From a bacterium (GTDB taxonomy: Bacteria; Verrucomicrobiota; Verrucomicrobiia; Limisphaerales; UBA11358): a DNA stretch of 64,000 bases. Every line of letters begins with the position of its first letter. The stretch's first letter is position 1. Shown here piece by piece: positions 28,054 to 38,937 of this stretch. The notes under the pieces are model-generated. The model did not search any database. It was not told where the DNA came from and saw only the letters and a list, made by a program, of their open reading frames with translations. The DNA is taken from positions 20,730-84,729 of the forward strand of contig JAKALA010000004.1 in NCBI GenBank assembly GCA_021813325.1, read 5' to 3'. The position numbers were made by a program, and so were the translations under genes.

Positions 28054-31000
28054 ATGTCGGTTGAACTCACAGAAAAACTACTCATCAACGCCGCTGGCTG
28101 GGATGTTGTGAAACGCGCCCGCGCTTATCTTGAACAACGCCAGGTGTTGAGCTCCTATTGGGGGCCGCCGCTGCTTCGGGGCGTGGTGCAAGTGGACGGT
28201 GCTTCGTTTCGCGCTTCCATGGTGATTCACAACGGCGTGGATATTGAAAATCGTTGCAACTGCCGCGACGCGCGGGAATGGGGCAAAATCTGTGCGCACG
28301 GTGTGGCGGTCGGATTGCACTGGCTGAATGCGCAAAAAGGCGAATCCGCGCCGCCGGCAAACAAAGCTCAGGCGTCCGCGTCGCCCTCCAAATCTGAAAC
28401 GCCAGCTCGCAAGGCGTCTTCTTTGCGGCGTGATAACTCCGGAGAGCCGGCGGAACTTTATTTGATTTTCCCACCCAATCTCGACCAGGCCATTTCACGC
28501 GGCAAAATCATGCTGGTGTTTGAGGCGCGTTGGGACGGGGGACGTTGCCCGTTGAATGCCTTGCCGAAAGGTCGAACTTTCGCTTTCAGTGCGTCGGACA
28601 GCGCCATCATTGATCATGTGGAAAACCTGACCAACGGTGAAACACCGGCGATGATGCAAATAGAGACGAAAGACTTTGCCTCACTTCTACCGTTGTTGGT
28701 TGGGCACGAAAATCTCATGGTTGGCAAATCCAATCCGGTAACCGTCACCAAAACGCCGCTGACCTTGCCCGCGCGCGCCACGTTGGAAGCCAATGGCGAA
28801 ATCGTTTTATCGCTGGCCGGCAAATCGGCGTTGCTGGTGCGTGTGGGAGATTGGGTTTGGCAGAAGCAGACTTTTCAGCCGCTGGGATTGCCTCCGCTGG
28901 CGCAAAATATTCTTCAAGGTCCCGTTCGCGTCTCGCGCTCGCAGGTGCCGCTGTTTCTGAGCCAGCAATGGCCGCAGTTGGCAGCCGGCGGAAACGTCGA
29001 GGCCGATTTTCAACTGTCGGACTTCGCCCTCGAACCGCAGGCGCCGCGGTTTCTGCTCGAGCTCAAAGGCGGCTTGTCGCAGTTGTCCGCAAGGGTTCAA
29101 TGCGCCTACGGCACGCGCATCATGACGCTCGGGGTGACGGCTGCCGATGAAAATGTCTGGTTGCCCGATCCGGATGTGCCCACTCGCTATTCCACCCGCG
29201 ATTTTACGGCTGAACGCGGTGCTTTAGCCCGGTTGCAACGCTGCGGATTTGCCGGCCCGGACGCGCAGGGCAAGCTGCAGTTGCAGGGCCAAAACAGCGT
29301 GCTGAATTTTTTGTCACGCGAGTTTGTCACGTTGCAGCGCGAGTGGAGCGTGACGCTCGACGAGCAACTCGAAAACCGCGCGTTGAGAAACATTGAGCGG
29401 GTCGAGCCTCAATTCCAAATCACCTCGTCTGGTGTGCAATGGTTTGATTTCAGCGTGGTTTTTGCGGCGGGCAGCGGTGAAACTTTTTCGGCGGCGGACA
29501 TTCAACGGTTGATTTTATCCGGGCAAAATCATACCCGGCTGAAGAACGGCAAAATGGCGGTGATCGACACCGGCGCCGTGGAAGAATTGCAGGAAGTGCT
29601 GCTGGATTGCGCGCCACAACAGAACGCATCGGGCTACCGCATTAGCAATCAGCAGGTTGGATTTTTGGAGGCAACACTGCGGCAACATGCCGGTTGGAAA
29701 GTTCAAGCTCCGTCCGCCTGGCGCGACCGCGCTTCCAAGCAGAGCGGCGAAGCAAAACTGGTTTGTCCGCCCCTCGGCGAACTGGATGCCGTTTTACGCC
29801 CGTATCAAAAACAGGGCGTGGCCTGGCTGCAATTTCTGCGCGAAAACGGTTTTGGCGGCATTCTCGCGGATGAAATGGGCTTGGGCAAAACGCTGCAAAC
29901 ATTGGCGTTCCTGCGTTTCATCCGACGCCAAAATCCTGCAAGCCCGCCAATGCTGATTGTTTGTCCCACCAGCCTGGTTTTCAACTGGCTGGCGGAAGTC
30001 CGAAAGTTTACGCCGGAGCTGCGAGCCATTGCCATTCATGGTCCCAACCGGCATGCGCAGTTTGCGGAGCTTAAAACCAGCGATCTGGTGGTCACGAGTT
30101 ACGCGCTGATTCGCCGGGATTTTGAGCGGTATCGCGAGCTGGAGTTCGACACGGTCGTTTTGGACGAGGCGCAACACATCAAGAATCGTCAGACGCAAAA
30201 TGCCCAGGCGGTGAAGGCGGTGAAATCAAAGCACCGGATCGTCCTCACGGGCACGCCGCTGGAAAATTCCGTGCTCGATCTGTGGTCCATTTTCGATTTT
30301 CTCATGCCGGGTTATCTTGGCACGGCGAAGGATTTTCGTGAGCGATATGAGCTTTCCATTGCCAAAGAGAAAAACTCCGATGCTCAGGCCAGACTGGCGC
30401 GTCGATTGCGCCCGTTCCTGTTGCGCCGGCTCAAACAGGAAGTGGCGGCGGATTTGCCGGAAAAGCTGGAACAAGTCTCGTTCTGCGAGCTCACCGACGA
30501 TCAGCGCAGCGTGTATCAGCAAGTCATCGAGGCCAGCCGCAAGGAAGTTCTGGAGGCCGTCGGCGCGCAGAGTCTCGCCAAGAGTCGCATGGTGGTTTTG
30601 ACCGCTTTACTCCGCTTGCGTCAGGTTTGTTGCGATCTTCGTTTGCTGAATCTGGAAAACGTCAATCCGGCCAATGCGTCTGGCAAATTGGATTTGTTCG
30701 GCGAATTGCTGGAGGAAGTCGTCGATGGCGGCCATCGCGTCCTGGTGTTCAGCCAGTTCACGAGCATGCTTGCGCTGTTGAAAGACAGGCTCGCCGAGGA
30801 GAAAATTAAGTTCTGTTATCTCGACGGTTCAACCACCAATCGCGGCGCGGTGGTGGAAGAGTTTCAGCGGAATACTGCTATCCCGGTTTTTCTCATCAGC
30901 CTGAAAGCCGGCGGGGTGGGCCTGAACCTGACGGGCGCGGATACGGTGATTCATTTCGACCCGTGGTGGAATCCGGCGGTGGAAGATCAGGCCACGGGCC

Positions 31001-31185
31001 GCGCGCATCGTATCGGCCAGACGAAGGTCGTGACCAGTTACAAACTCATTACGCGCGACACCGTGGAGGAAAAAATCCTGCTGCTGCAAAACAAGAAGCG
31101 CGAGATCATTCAAGCCACGCTTGGCGGCGAGGAGGCATTCACCGAATCGCTCAGTTGGGAGGAGATTCAGGAGTTGCTGGCGTAG
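28054..31185 (+). CDS. SWIM zinc finger + SNF2-family helicase/ATPase
   Basis: CNC..ICAH SWIM motif, LRPYQ, GGILADEMGLGKT, LDEAQHIKN, LTGTPLEN, SLKAGGVGLNLT, DPWWNPAVEDQA..RAHRIGQ. Confidence 0.95.
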   Translation: MSVELTEKLLINAAGWDVVKRARAYLEQRQVLSSYWGPPLLRGVVQVDGASFRASMVIHNGVDIENRCNCRDAREWGKICAHGVAVGLHWLNAQKGESAPPANKAQASASPSKSETPARKASSLRRDNSGEPAELYLIFPPNLDQAISRGKIMLVFEARWDGGRCPLNALPKGRTFAFSASDSAIIDHVENLTNGETPAMMQIETKDFASLLPLLVGHENLMVGKSNPVTVTKTPLTLPARATLEANGEIVLSLAGKSALLVRVGDWVWQKQTFQPLGLPPLAQNILQGPVRVSRSQVPLFLSQQWPQLAAGGNVEADFQLSDFALEPQAPRFLLELKGGLSQLSARVQCAYGTRIMTLGVTAADENVWLPDPDVPTRYSTRDFTAERGALARLQRCGFAGPDAQGKLQLQGQNSVLNFLSREFVTLQREWSVTLDEQLENRALRNIERVEPQFQITSSGVQWFDFSVVFAAGSGETFSAADIQRLILSGQNHTRLKNGKMAVIDTGAVEELQEVLLDCAPQQNASGYRISNQQVGFLEATLRQHAGWKVQAPSAWRDRASKQSGEAKLVCPPLGELDAVLRPYQKQGVAWLQFLRENGFGGILADEMGLGKTLQTLAFLRFIRRQNPASPPMLIVCPTSLVFNWLAEVRKFTPELRAIAIHGPNRHAQFAELKTSDLVVTSYALIRRDFERYRELEFDTVVLDEAQHIKNRQTQNAQAVKAVKSKHRIVLTGTPLENSVLDLWSIFDFLMPGYLGTAKDFRERYELSIAKEKNSDAQARLARRLRPFLLRRLKQEVAADLPEKLEQVSFCELTDDQRSVYQQVIEASRKEVLEAVGAQSLAKSRMVVLTALLRLRQVCCDLRLLNLENVNPANASGKLDLFGELLEEVVDGGHRVLVFSQFTSMLALLKDRLAEEKIKFCYLDGSTTNRGAVVEEFQRNTAIPVFLISLKAGGVGLNLTGADTVIHFDPWWNPAVEDQATGRAHRIGQTKVVTSYKLITRDTVEEKILLLQNKKREIIQATLGGEEAFTESLSWEEIQELLA

Positions 31186-31493
31186 AATCCCCGTGGTTGT
31201 GAGACATCCAACCTCAGGTGTGATTTTTTCCCGCATTGGGAGAAGCAACCGGTGATGCGCGCCTCGTCTAGTGCGGTCGATCGTTCTGCAAGCGCGGCTG
31301 TTGGTTTTTCCAAAATGGGGAAAACAGGAAAGTGAGCTTCGCGTAAAGAGAGGATTCTTGCTGGGAATTGGCGTATTTAACCGCTGAAATCTTATGGGTT
31401 TCAGCCTGTCGATATTTGGACGACGGGGGGCCAGAAGTTAATAATTGGTTGGACCCGCGGCGGGGAATATGAGCCAATTGAAGTCATTCGAAT

Positions 31494-32816
31494 ATGAAAG
31501 CCCGATGGAACCTGCATAAAATCTGTCTGCTGAGTGCGATGTGGCTGTTGCCCGCGGCGGCGCAGGCGCAATTCACCTTCATCACCAACGCCGACAACAC
31601 CATTGCCATTACCGGCTACACCGGCTCGGGAGGCGATGTGACCATTCCCGGCTCCATTGGTCAATTTCCCGTCACCAGCATTGGAAAAATGGCGTTTGCC
31701 TACAGTTATCTGGGGAGTGTTACGATTCCAGACAGCGTCACAAACATCGGATACAGTGCGTTTTCTCTTTGTAGGAACTTGACTAACGTCACATTTGGTC
31801 AAGCTGTAGCCAGCATCGGAAGTTATGGATTCTCCGGCTGCTCCGCCCTGACGAGTGTTACGCTTCCCAACAGCGTCACCACCATTGCTGGCAGTGCCTT
31901 CGCTAACTGCCACAGCCTGACCAGCGTCACGATGGGCAACCGCGTGGCCAGCCTTGGAGACGATGCGTTTTATTACTGTCAAAGCCTGACCAACCTCATG
32001 ATTCCCGATAGCGTGACTAGCATCGGATACGGTGCGTTTGCCGGCTGTGGCTCCCTGGCCAAAGTTCAGATCCCCCACCGCGTGACCAGCCTTGGAGACA
32101 GTGCGTTTGCTGACTGCGGCTCCCTCGTCACCGTCCAGATTTCCGATAGCGTGACCAGCATTGGATATGACTCGTTCGATAGGTGTGGGAGCCTGACGGC
32201 GATAAACGTGGATACCAACAATCCCGCCTATAGCTCCAGTCAGGGAGTATTTTTCGACAAGCGCCAAACGACCCTCATCCATTACCCGGCAGGCAATGGC
32301 GCCACCAGCTATACAATTCCTAACAGCGTCACGAGCATCAATTTTTTTGCTTTCCAGGGCTGCCTCAATCTGACGAATCTGTTCATCCCCGAAAGCGTCG
32401 CTTATATCGGAGACCAGGCCTTCGCAGGCTGCTCCAACTTGACGGCGGCCTATTTCCAAGGCAATGCTCCAAGCCTTGGTTCCACTGCCATCTTCAGCGA
32501 TAACGGCGCCGTGTATTACCTGCCGGGCACGCTTGGTTGGAGCACGACATTCGATGGTCGCCCGACTGCGCCATGGACACTGCCGTATCCTGTGATCCTG
32601 AATCACCAATCCGGCTTTGGATTACTGGCCGGCCGATTCCACTTCACCATCTCTTGGGCGACAAACCTCTCCGTGGTCGTGGAAGCCTCCACCAATCTAT
32701 TCGCCCCCGTGTGGCTTGCGGTCCAAACCAATACGCTGACCGGCGGCTCATCCTATTTCGGCGACCCGCAATGGACAAATTATCCCCAGCGCTACTATCG
32801 CCTCCGCTCGCCGTGA
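31494..32816 (+). CDS. BspA-type leucine-rich-repeat (LRR_5) surface protein
   Basis: Signal peptide, about 10 repeats of LTSVTIPDSVTSIGxxAFxxC, and a C-terminal ..EASTNL..W..TNTL..RYYRLRSP domain. Confidence 0.92.
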   Translation: MKARWNLHKICLLSAMWLLPAAAQAQFTFITNADNTIAITGYTGSGGDVTIPGSIGQFPVTSIGKMAFAYSYLGSVTIPDSVTNIGYSAFSLCRNLTNVTFGQAVASIGSYGFSGCSALTSVTLPNSVTTIAGSAFANCHSLTSVTMGNRVASLGDDAFYYCQSLTNLMIPDSVTSIGYGAFAGCGSLAKVQIPHRVTSLGDSAFADCGSLVTVQISDSVTSIGYDSFDRCGSLTAINVDTNNPAYSSSQGVFFDKRQTTLIHYPAGNGATSYTIPNSVTSINFFAFQGCLNLTNLFIPESVAYIGDQAFAGCSNLTAAYFQGNAPSLGSTAIFSDNGAVYYLPGTLGWSTTFDGRPTAPWTLPYPVILNHQSGFGLLAGRFHFTISWATNLSVVVEASTNLFAPVWLAVQTNTLTGGSSYFGDPQWTNYPQRYYRLRSP

Positions 32817-32855
32817 CGAAAACAGCCATATCAACAGGTGTGAATCCAGCCGGCT

Positions 32856-35405
32856 TCACGTCAGGCGGCCGAGGCGGAGCAATTTTAAACTGGGCGCGCC
32901 CTGTTTCCGGGATGCGGCCAGGTCCACTGCAAATTCGGCGACCCAGTCGTTGAATTCTTCCGGATCCACCAGCATTTGCTGCACGCGCCAGGTTTTCTTG
33001 TCTTCGGACGGCAGCACATACGTGTGCCTCAAATTGCGGGCGTTGGGATCGAGGCAGATGTATTTGTGTTCGGCGTGATAGTTGTCCAGCGTGGCTTTAA
33101 ACCGATCGGCGGTCCACGCCTGACCTTCTGCGTCTTGCGGCGATGCAAATGGTGCGATGGCCGCCGCGAAATCGCCAATCACCAGGCCGCGCAGGAAAGT
33201 GAAAATGCGCTGGCGGATCGCTGCGGTGAACGCCTTGGCATCGCGCGTGACGTCTTTGTCGGCTTCTTCCGCGCCGGGTGGACTAATTTCTTTTGACTCA
33301 GCGCGGACATAATTCGGATCGCGTAATTTTTCCCATTCATCCAGCAGGCTGGAATCGACCTGGCGAATCATGGCGTCCAGATACAACTCCATTTCCCGCA
33401 CGGTATCGTTCTTGGCACTGTCGGGAACCGTTTGCGAAAGGACTTTAAAAACACGGTTCAAGTAACGCAACAAAACGCCTTCGGCCCGTTGTAATTCGTA
33501 GTCGCGAATATAATCCGAGAACGAGCGAAACTGTTCGAACATTTCGCGGGCGATGGATTTGGGCCGGATGTTTTCCTGGCCCACCCACGGATGCCGGTCG
33601 GCAAACGCGTTAAAGGTGGAATAAACAAACTCGCGGTTCGGCTTGGGATATTCGCATTTCTCAAGTTCTTCCATGCGCGCATCGTATTCGATGCCTTCCA
33701 TTTTCAGCTCGGCCATCTTCTGATCCTTTACGCGGTCGAGTTGCTTGCGGAGAATGATGTCCGGATCTTCCACAATGGATTCAACCAGCGTCAGCAGCAC
33801 CAGCGCATAATCTGGCGCTTGTGGATCCATGAGCGGGATCGTTTCCAGCAGATACAACGACAGCACCTGGTCCATCGAAAAATCATCCTGCAACTCCACA
33901 TTCACGCGCAGATAAGAGCCGTCGGCGCTTTTGGGAATGAACTCAATAATCTTCCGGTTTACGAGCGAGCGAAACAATTGCCACGCGCGGTCCCGGTGCG
34001 CCTGCTTTTGGCGCGGTGAATCATGGCAATCGCGGATGAGTTTTTGCATGGCGTGACAGCCATCGCCTTTGCGACTGAGCACGTTCAACAACATGCCGTG
34101 CGAAACCTGGAAGCGCGAAGCGAGGCGTTCCGGCGGCGCGACAATCAATCGGGCGTAAGTGTTTTTGTCCCAATTGACGAAGTTCTTTTCCGGCGGCTGC
34201 CGCTTTACGACTTTCTTCCCATCACGCCCTGATTTTTCCGCGAGTTTAAGATTTTCGATGACGTGCTCCGGCGCTTGCGCCACCACCCAGCCTTGATCGT
34301 CAAAGCCTTTGCGTCCGGCACGTCCGGCAATCTGATGAAAATCGCGCGCGCTCAAAATGCCGGTCTTCTGGCCATCGAATTTGCAGAGCCGCGTGAATAG
34401 CACGGTGCGGATGGGCACATTGACGCCGACACCCAAAGTGTCCGTGCCGCAAATGATCTTGAGCAAGCCTTTCTGGGCCAGTTGCTCGGTCAGGACGCGA
34501 TATTTTGGCAGCAAACCCGCGTGATGCAATCCGATGCCGTGCCGCAGCCATTTCTTAATTTCCGGGCCATACGGGCTTGTGAATTTAATCCCTTCCAACG
34601 CGCTGGCGATGGCGGCCTTTTCCTCGCGGGTGCAGACGTTGATGCTCGTGAAATCCTGTGCGCTCTGAGCGGCCTCAAGTTGCGTGAAATGGACCACGTA
34701 AACCGGCGCGCGTCCAGAGGCAGCCAAACTTTCCAGAGTCTTGGCCAGCGGCAGTTCCGAATATTCATGAGTCAACGGCACGGGCCGAACCGCCGATGTG
34801 ACCGTAGCGGTGGGGCGTCCGTTAAGCCGCGTCAGTTCTGTTTCAAAAAAGGTCGTATCGCCCAGCGTGGCGGACATTAAGAGAAATCTTGTTTGCGGCA
34901 AAGCCAGCAACGGCACCTGCCAGGCGACGCCGCGTTCGCGATCAGCGTAGTAATGGAACTCGTCCATGACCACGTCCTGCACATTGGCGGCACCGCCTTC
35001 GCGCAGCGCAATGTTGGCGAGAATTTCCGCAGTGCAACACAGAATCGGCGCATCACGATTCACCGAGGCGTCGCCAGTGCTGAGACCCACGTTGTCCGGT
35101 CCAAATTCATGACACAGCGCCATGAACTTTTCATTCACCAGCGCCTTGATCGGACAGGTGTAGATGGAACGTCGGCCTTGGGCCAGGGCTTTGAAATGTA
35201 GCGCGGTGGCGACGAGCGATTTGCCGGAACCGGTGGGCGTGTTCAGGATGACATTCTTTTCCTCGAACACTTCCAGCACCGCTTCTTCTTGCGCGGGGTA
35301 GAGTTGCAAATTCCGTTTTTGAACATAGTCCAGAAACCGGCCCAGCAATAAATCATTATCCGGTCGTTCGTTGCGCGGGATCAAGTCGTAGAGTTGAATG
35401 GCCAC
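32856..35405 (-). CDS. Ski2-like DEAD/DEAH helicase with DUF3516-type C-terminus
   Basis: [63 protein letters not shown]. Probable GTG start at 35405. Confidence 0.92.
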   Translation of the reverse strand: MAIQLYDLIPRNERPDNDLLLGRFLDYVQKRNLQLYPAQEEAVLEVFEEKNVILNTPTGSGKSLVATALHFKALAQGRRSIYTCPIKALVNEKFMALCHEFGPDNVGLSTGDASVNRDAPILCCTAEILANIALREGGAANVQDVVMDEFHYYADRERGVAWQVPLLALPQTRFLLMSATLGDTTFFETELTRLNGRPTATVTSAVRPVPLTHEYSELPLAKTLESLAASGRAPVYVVHFTQLEAAQSAQDFTSINVCTREEKAAIASALEGIKFTSPYGPEIKKWLRHGIGLHHAGLLPKYRVLTEQLAQKGLLKIICGTDTLGVGVNVPIRTVLFTRLCKFDGQKTGILSARDFHQIAGRAGRKGFDDQGWVVAQAPEHVIENLKLAEKSGRDGKKVVKRQPPEKNFVNWDKNTYARLIVAPPERLASRFQVSHGMLLNVLSRKGDGCHAMQKLIRDCHDSPRQKQAHRDRAWQLFRSLVNRKIIEFIPKSADGSYLRVNVELQDDFSMDQVLSLYLLETIPLMDPQAPDYALVLLTLVESIVEDPDIILRKQLDRVKDQKMAELKMEGIEYDARMEELEKCEYPKPNREFVYSTFNAFADRHPWVGQENIRPKSIAREMFEQFRSFSDYIRDYELQRAEGVLLRYLNRVFKVLSQTVPDSAKNDTVREMELYLDAMIRQVDSSLLDEWEKLRDPNYVRAESKEISPPGAEEADKDVTRDAKAFTAAIRQRIFTFLRGLVIGDFAAAIAPFASPQDAEGQAWTADRFKATLDNYHAEHKYICLDPNARNLRHTYVLPSEDKKTWRVQQMLVDPEEFNDWVAEFAVDLAASRKQGAPSLKLLRLGRLT

Positions 35406-35773
35406 GTTCCTAGTGTTGCCGAGAGCCGCGCGCGTTTCAATGTCTTGGTGTGGCTCGGGCAAAACCGCGTGATGCGGGTGAACCCGAACTCAGCGGTCCC
35501 CGTTCGCAACGTCAACGCCGGATGAAGTTTTGGTGACGCGCTCGCGCGAGTTTTTGGATGGCTTTGGGCCAAATGCAACCGGGTCCTTTTGGCAGGATTT
35601 TCCACCGTGCAATGGACAGTTGGCAGCCGTGCGTGGAAAGCCGATTTTCCCTCCGTTTCGCGGAAAATTGATAACTGTTCCAACGGCAGATGATTGCAGT
35701 ATTCGGAGAGCCTTGGCGTCGATCCTGGAACCGCTTTTTAAGTGGTTGGCAAGGGGATTGCTTGAGATGGTTT

Positions 35774-35941
35774 ATGATTCATTACACTGAAAAAAAACGG
35801 AGTCCGCTGTGCCACTTGATCACCAACTTCAACTCCGCCCGGCAGCGGAAGGTCGCGCGTTTTGATTTATTTGGCGTCGCAGTTTCCGGCCTGATGGCGA
35901 TGACGTTGGTGGGGATTGTGCGCTTGCTGGTTTCGCACTGA
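35774..35941 (+). CDS. Possible small membrane protein
   Basis: 55-aa ORF ending in the hydrophobic helix LFGVAVSGLMAMTLVGIVRLLV. Confidence 0.35.
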   Translation: MIHYTEKKRSPLCHLITNFNSARQRKVARFDLFGVAVSGLMAMTLVGIVRLLVSH

Positions 35942-36168
35942 GCCGGGATTTTGTGGGATGCCAGACGGCGTGAAGATCCAGCTTGTGAGCTTCAAACCAA
36001 ACTGGTTGATTTGGGGACAGTCTTCGGCAAAGCCGTTTTCTTCCTTGCTGTTCAAGATGATGTGGCCAAACGGTTGGCTGGTCAGCATTTCATTCCGGGT
36101 CTGAGGTTAACCGGGGCAATCTGTCCAAGGCATGGATCAGATCTGTCAGAAGAACACCTTCAACGGGT

Positions 36169-36627
36169 TCAGTTGTCGGAAACAATGTGGGGCACGAACG
36201 AAAGATTCAGATCGCCAACGGCAACTTCCATCGGCTTGTCCGGGGTTCCGGTGACTTGGCAGACGGAAAAGTTATGGGTTTCGCCGTAATCATTTTTGGA
36301 TTCCAGGGCGATGGTGATGCGCACATTATTACGATCGATCATTTTCGGTGTCATCGTGCAGCTTTGACCATCCGCGAACAGCAGACAAGTATCCGTGCGG
36401 TTGGTCAGATTGATTTTACCCAGATCACCCGTGAAGGTCACTGCGACCGGAGCATTGCTCGCCGTTGGAACGGCACTATTTGTGAAGGTTGCGGCCATCG
36501 ATTTCGTGCCGACGACAACCGGCGCCTGGGGATTTGGCTTCTGAGCGGAAGCATTCTTATGGCAACTCGCCGGCACTAATCCGGCGAGAAATACCATGAC
36601 GGCTGAAGCTGTCTGACTGATTCCCAT
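36169..36627 (-). CDS. Hypothetical exported protein or lipoprotein
   Basis: Hydrophobic N-terminus ending ..ASC, a Pro/Ala linker, then a beta-rich domain. Co-oriented with the upstream gene. Confidence 0.6.
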   Translation of the reverse strand: MGISQTASAVMVFLAGLVPASCHKNASAQKPNPQAPVVVGTKSMAATFTNSAVPTASNAPVAVTFTGDLGKINLTNRTDTCLLFADGQSCTMTPKMIDRNNVRITIALESKNDYGETHNFSVCQVTGTPDKPMEVAVGDLNLSFVPHIVSDN

Positions 36628-36725
36628 GCGCCCGAACCAGCAGGAATCAGGCCGGGCGGAAAAAACCGGGGAAACGGGCTGCTTTCCCTCAAGCACTGTC
36701 CAAAATTCGGAACTCGCGCCTAAAA

Positions 36726-37958
36726 TCAATATGCCCGGTCGAAAATCATGATGCTCTTGCCGTCCTTGATGGTCAGACGCAATTGCTCGGCGGAAGCCGT
36801 CATGAATTTTTCGTCGCTGCCAAAAACCAGGTGCAAATCGTAGTTGGTGCCGTTGGCCGCCCAGTCGCCTTTCCAGTCGTTGTGCTCGATGTTTGGCCCT
36901 TGGTTGGCCTCGACCTTAACTCGGGGCATGCCTTTGACAAACAATTGATTGTCGCCGGTCGCCAGCACATGGGTTTGGGCGAATGCTTGAATGAACCACG
37001 CGCGCAGGTTGCGCATTTCACTGGCAGGCATCTTGGGGTTGGCTTGACGCATCCAAGCCAGCGACACCGCCGGGTTAAAATCCCAGCGGCCGATGATTTT
37101 TTGTCCGTCGTATTTCGCTGACTTGCCGGTTTCAAGGTAAGTCGTCAAATCGTCCATGTTGGTTGCCAGCGCGTCCAAAACCAACTTGGTTTGGTCCTTG
37201 TTGCCCAGAAAGGTCTTCACATTCACATCATCCAGAATCTCACCCAGGCTGGCACCCGCAGCCGGAGCATTCGTCAGCATGGGATCCTGCACCAAAGGCT
37301 GGAGTTCCTCGCGTTCCCACAGCGAGGTCAGCCCGGGATAATCCGCAAACCGCTGGCCGGCTTTCGGGTTTTGCATCAGGAAACCGGCCAGATCAGCGCA
37401 TTGATAATACATCGGCGCCAACGAGCCCACGGCACAAGCGGTGCGGGAAAGACCGCTGCTTTGCAAATCCTCGCCCAGCCGGTTGACGCCGCGGATCAAT
37501 GCCGGCTGGTTTGGGGTGTTGGCCGCCTGCGTGGTCAGATAAGCAAAATTATAAACCAGAAAGATAATCAGAATGAAATAAATCCCGCCATTCAACAAAC
37601 CGATGCAGATGCCGACCCGCGAATTCATGCGTTCCCAAAGGGCCTGACGCAGATCGCCGGCGTTGTAACGGTAAAAATGCTCCACCTTTTTGTGCAGCGG
37701 CTGCCCGGCCAGCGCCAGCGCGGTGTTGATAATGATGAAGGCAATCACCGGCGCCAGCGCCCATGCCGTGAGCGGATTATGCACTCCCATGTGCAGCAGC
37801 AAGGGATGAACGAGTTTGCCGACCGGCACCGCCAAAAGGGCGCCCAATAAAATGCCGAAGAACGAAAAACCCGCGCGAATGGCCCCCTGTCGCCAGCCGG
37901 CCAGCGCTGCCACCGCCAACACAAAAATTGCTAGAATCCAAATGGTCATGGCAGACAT
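36726..37958 (-). CDS. CvpA-family membrane protein with extended soluble C-terminal domain
   Basis: LAGWRQGAIRAGFSFFGILLGALLA N-terminal pattern, about 4 TM helices, NSRVGICIGLLNG. Confidence 0.75.
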   Translation of the reverse strand: MSAMTIWILAIFVLAVAALAGWRQGAIRAGFSFFGILLGALLAVPVGKLVHPLLLHMGVHNPLTAWALAPVIAFIIINTALALAGQPLHKKVEHFYRYNAGDLRQALWERMNSRVGICIGLLNGGIYFILIIFLVYNFAYLTTQAANTPNQPALIRGVNRLGEDLQSSGLSRTACAVGSLAPMYYQCADLAGFLMQNPKAGQRFADYPGLTSLWEREELQPLVQDPMLTNAPAAGASLGEILDDVNVKTFLGNKDQTKLVLDALATNMDDLTTYLETGKSAKYDGQKIIGRWDFNPAVSLAWMRQANPKMPASEMRNLRAWFIQAFAQTHVLATGDNQLFVKGMPRVKVEANQGPNIEHNDWKGDWAANGTNYDLHLVFGSDEKFMTASAEQLRLTIKDGKSIMIFDRAY

Positions 37959-38039
37959 TAAAAAACATCCCGCCGAAAATGCACGACGAAAATAAGCCGG
38001 TGATTGGAAATGGCGCCCGTTGCGATTATCTTTTGCGGC

Positions 38040-38765
38040 GTGCTTGTTTCCCTCATCGTGCCGGCCTTCAACGAGGAAAAACTCCTCGGGGCATCGCTGG
38101 CTGAAATGAATTCAGCCGCCAAGGCTTTCACCGGGCGCGGCTGGCAGGTTGAACTCATCGTCTGCGACAATAATTCCACCGATCGCACCGCCGAAATTGC
38201 CCGCGCCGCCGGGGCGAACGTGGTTTTTGAGCCGGTCAACCAAATCGGCCGGGCCCGCAATACCGGCGCGTCCGTTGCCAAAGGCGACTGGTTTGTCTTT
38301 GTGGACGCGGATTCCCATCCGAGCGAAAGGTTGTTTGCGGATGTGGCCGGACAGATTGCTTCTGGACGTTGCCTCGCGGGCGGCGCCACGGTGCGGATGG
38401 ATGAATCCGGCTTTTGGAGCCAGTCCATGACGCAGTTGTGGGTCTGCATCAGTCGCTGGGGCAAGCTTATGGCTGGTTCATTCATTTTCGTGGAAGCGGC
38501 GGCCTTTCGCGAAATTGGCGGTTTCAGCCAAGTGCTGTTCGCCGGCGAGGAAATTGATTTAAGCAAACGCTTGAAACGGCTCGCGCGTCAACGGGACAAA
38601 AAAATCATCATTTTGCATCGCCATCCGCTGAAGACCTCCGCCCGCAAGTTGAAACTTTATTCGGCTCGGGAAATCCTCGTCTTCTTTGTGCGCGCCGCCT
38701 TTAACCAGCGCAAAATGCTCACCAGCCGTGAAAAAGCGCACATTTGGTATGACGGGCGGCGGTGA
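38040..38765 (+). CDS. GT2 glycosyltransferase
   Basis: SLIVPAFNEE, VCDNNSTDRT, ARNTGA, FVDADS, GGF..EEIDLSKRL, TSARK. Confidence 0.92.
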   Translation: MLVSLIVPAFNEEKLLGASLAEMNSAAKAFTGRGWQVELIVCDNNSTDRTAEIARAAGANVVFEPVNQIGRARNTGASVAKGDWFVFVDADSHPSERLFADVAGQIASGRCLAGGATVRMDESGFWSQSMTQLWVCISRWGKLMAGSFIFVEAAAFREIGGFSQVLFAGEEIDLSKRLKRLARQRDKKIIILHRHPLKTSARKLKLYSAREILVFFVRAAFNQRKMLTSREKAHIWYDGRR

Positions 38766-38811
38766 CGGCAAAACTAGGCTGTTCAAAATGGCCTGGCCCG
38801 TTTGGCTGGCG

Positions 38812-38893
38812 GGTGGGGCGAGCGTCCCCGCGAGCCGCTCCTTGCGGAGGGTTACCATTTTCCAAAACGGCTTGCGTGGACGCTCGGATCACC
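38812..38893. repeat. REPIN-like inverted repeat between convergent genes
   Basis: GGTGGGGCGAGCGTCCCCGCGAGCCG ... CGGCTTGCGTGGACGCTCGGATCACC, imperfect 26-bp arms. Confidence 0.7.
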
Positions 38894-38937
38894 GAGGGTT
38901 TTTTCACCGTATGGCCAGGGATGCCAACGGATCGACT

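Noticed and set aside
31690-32440. Regularly spaced ~69-bp repeats as a CRISPR array
   Set aside because: They are degenerate coding repeats of 23-aa LRR units. There are no identical repeats with unique spacers and no cas genes.
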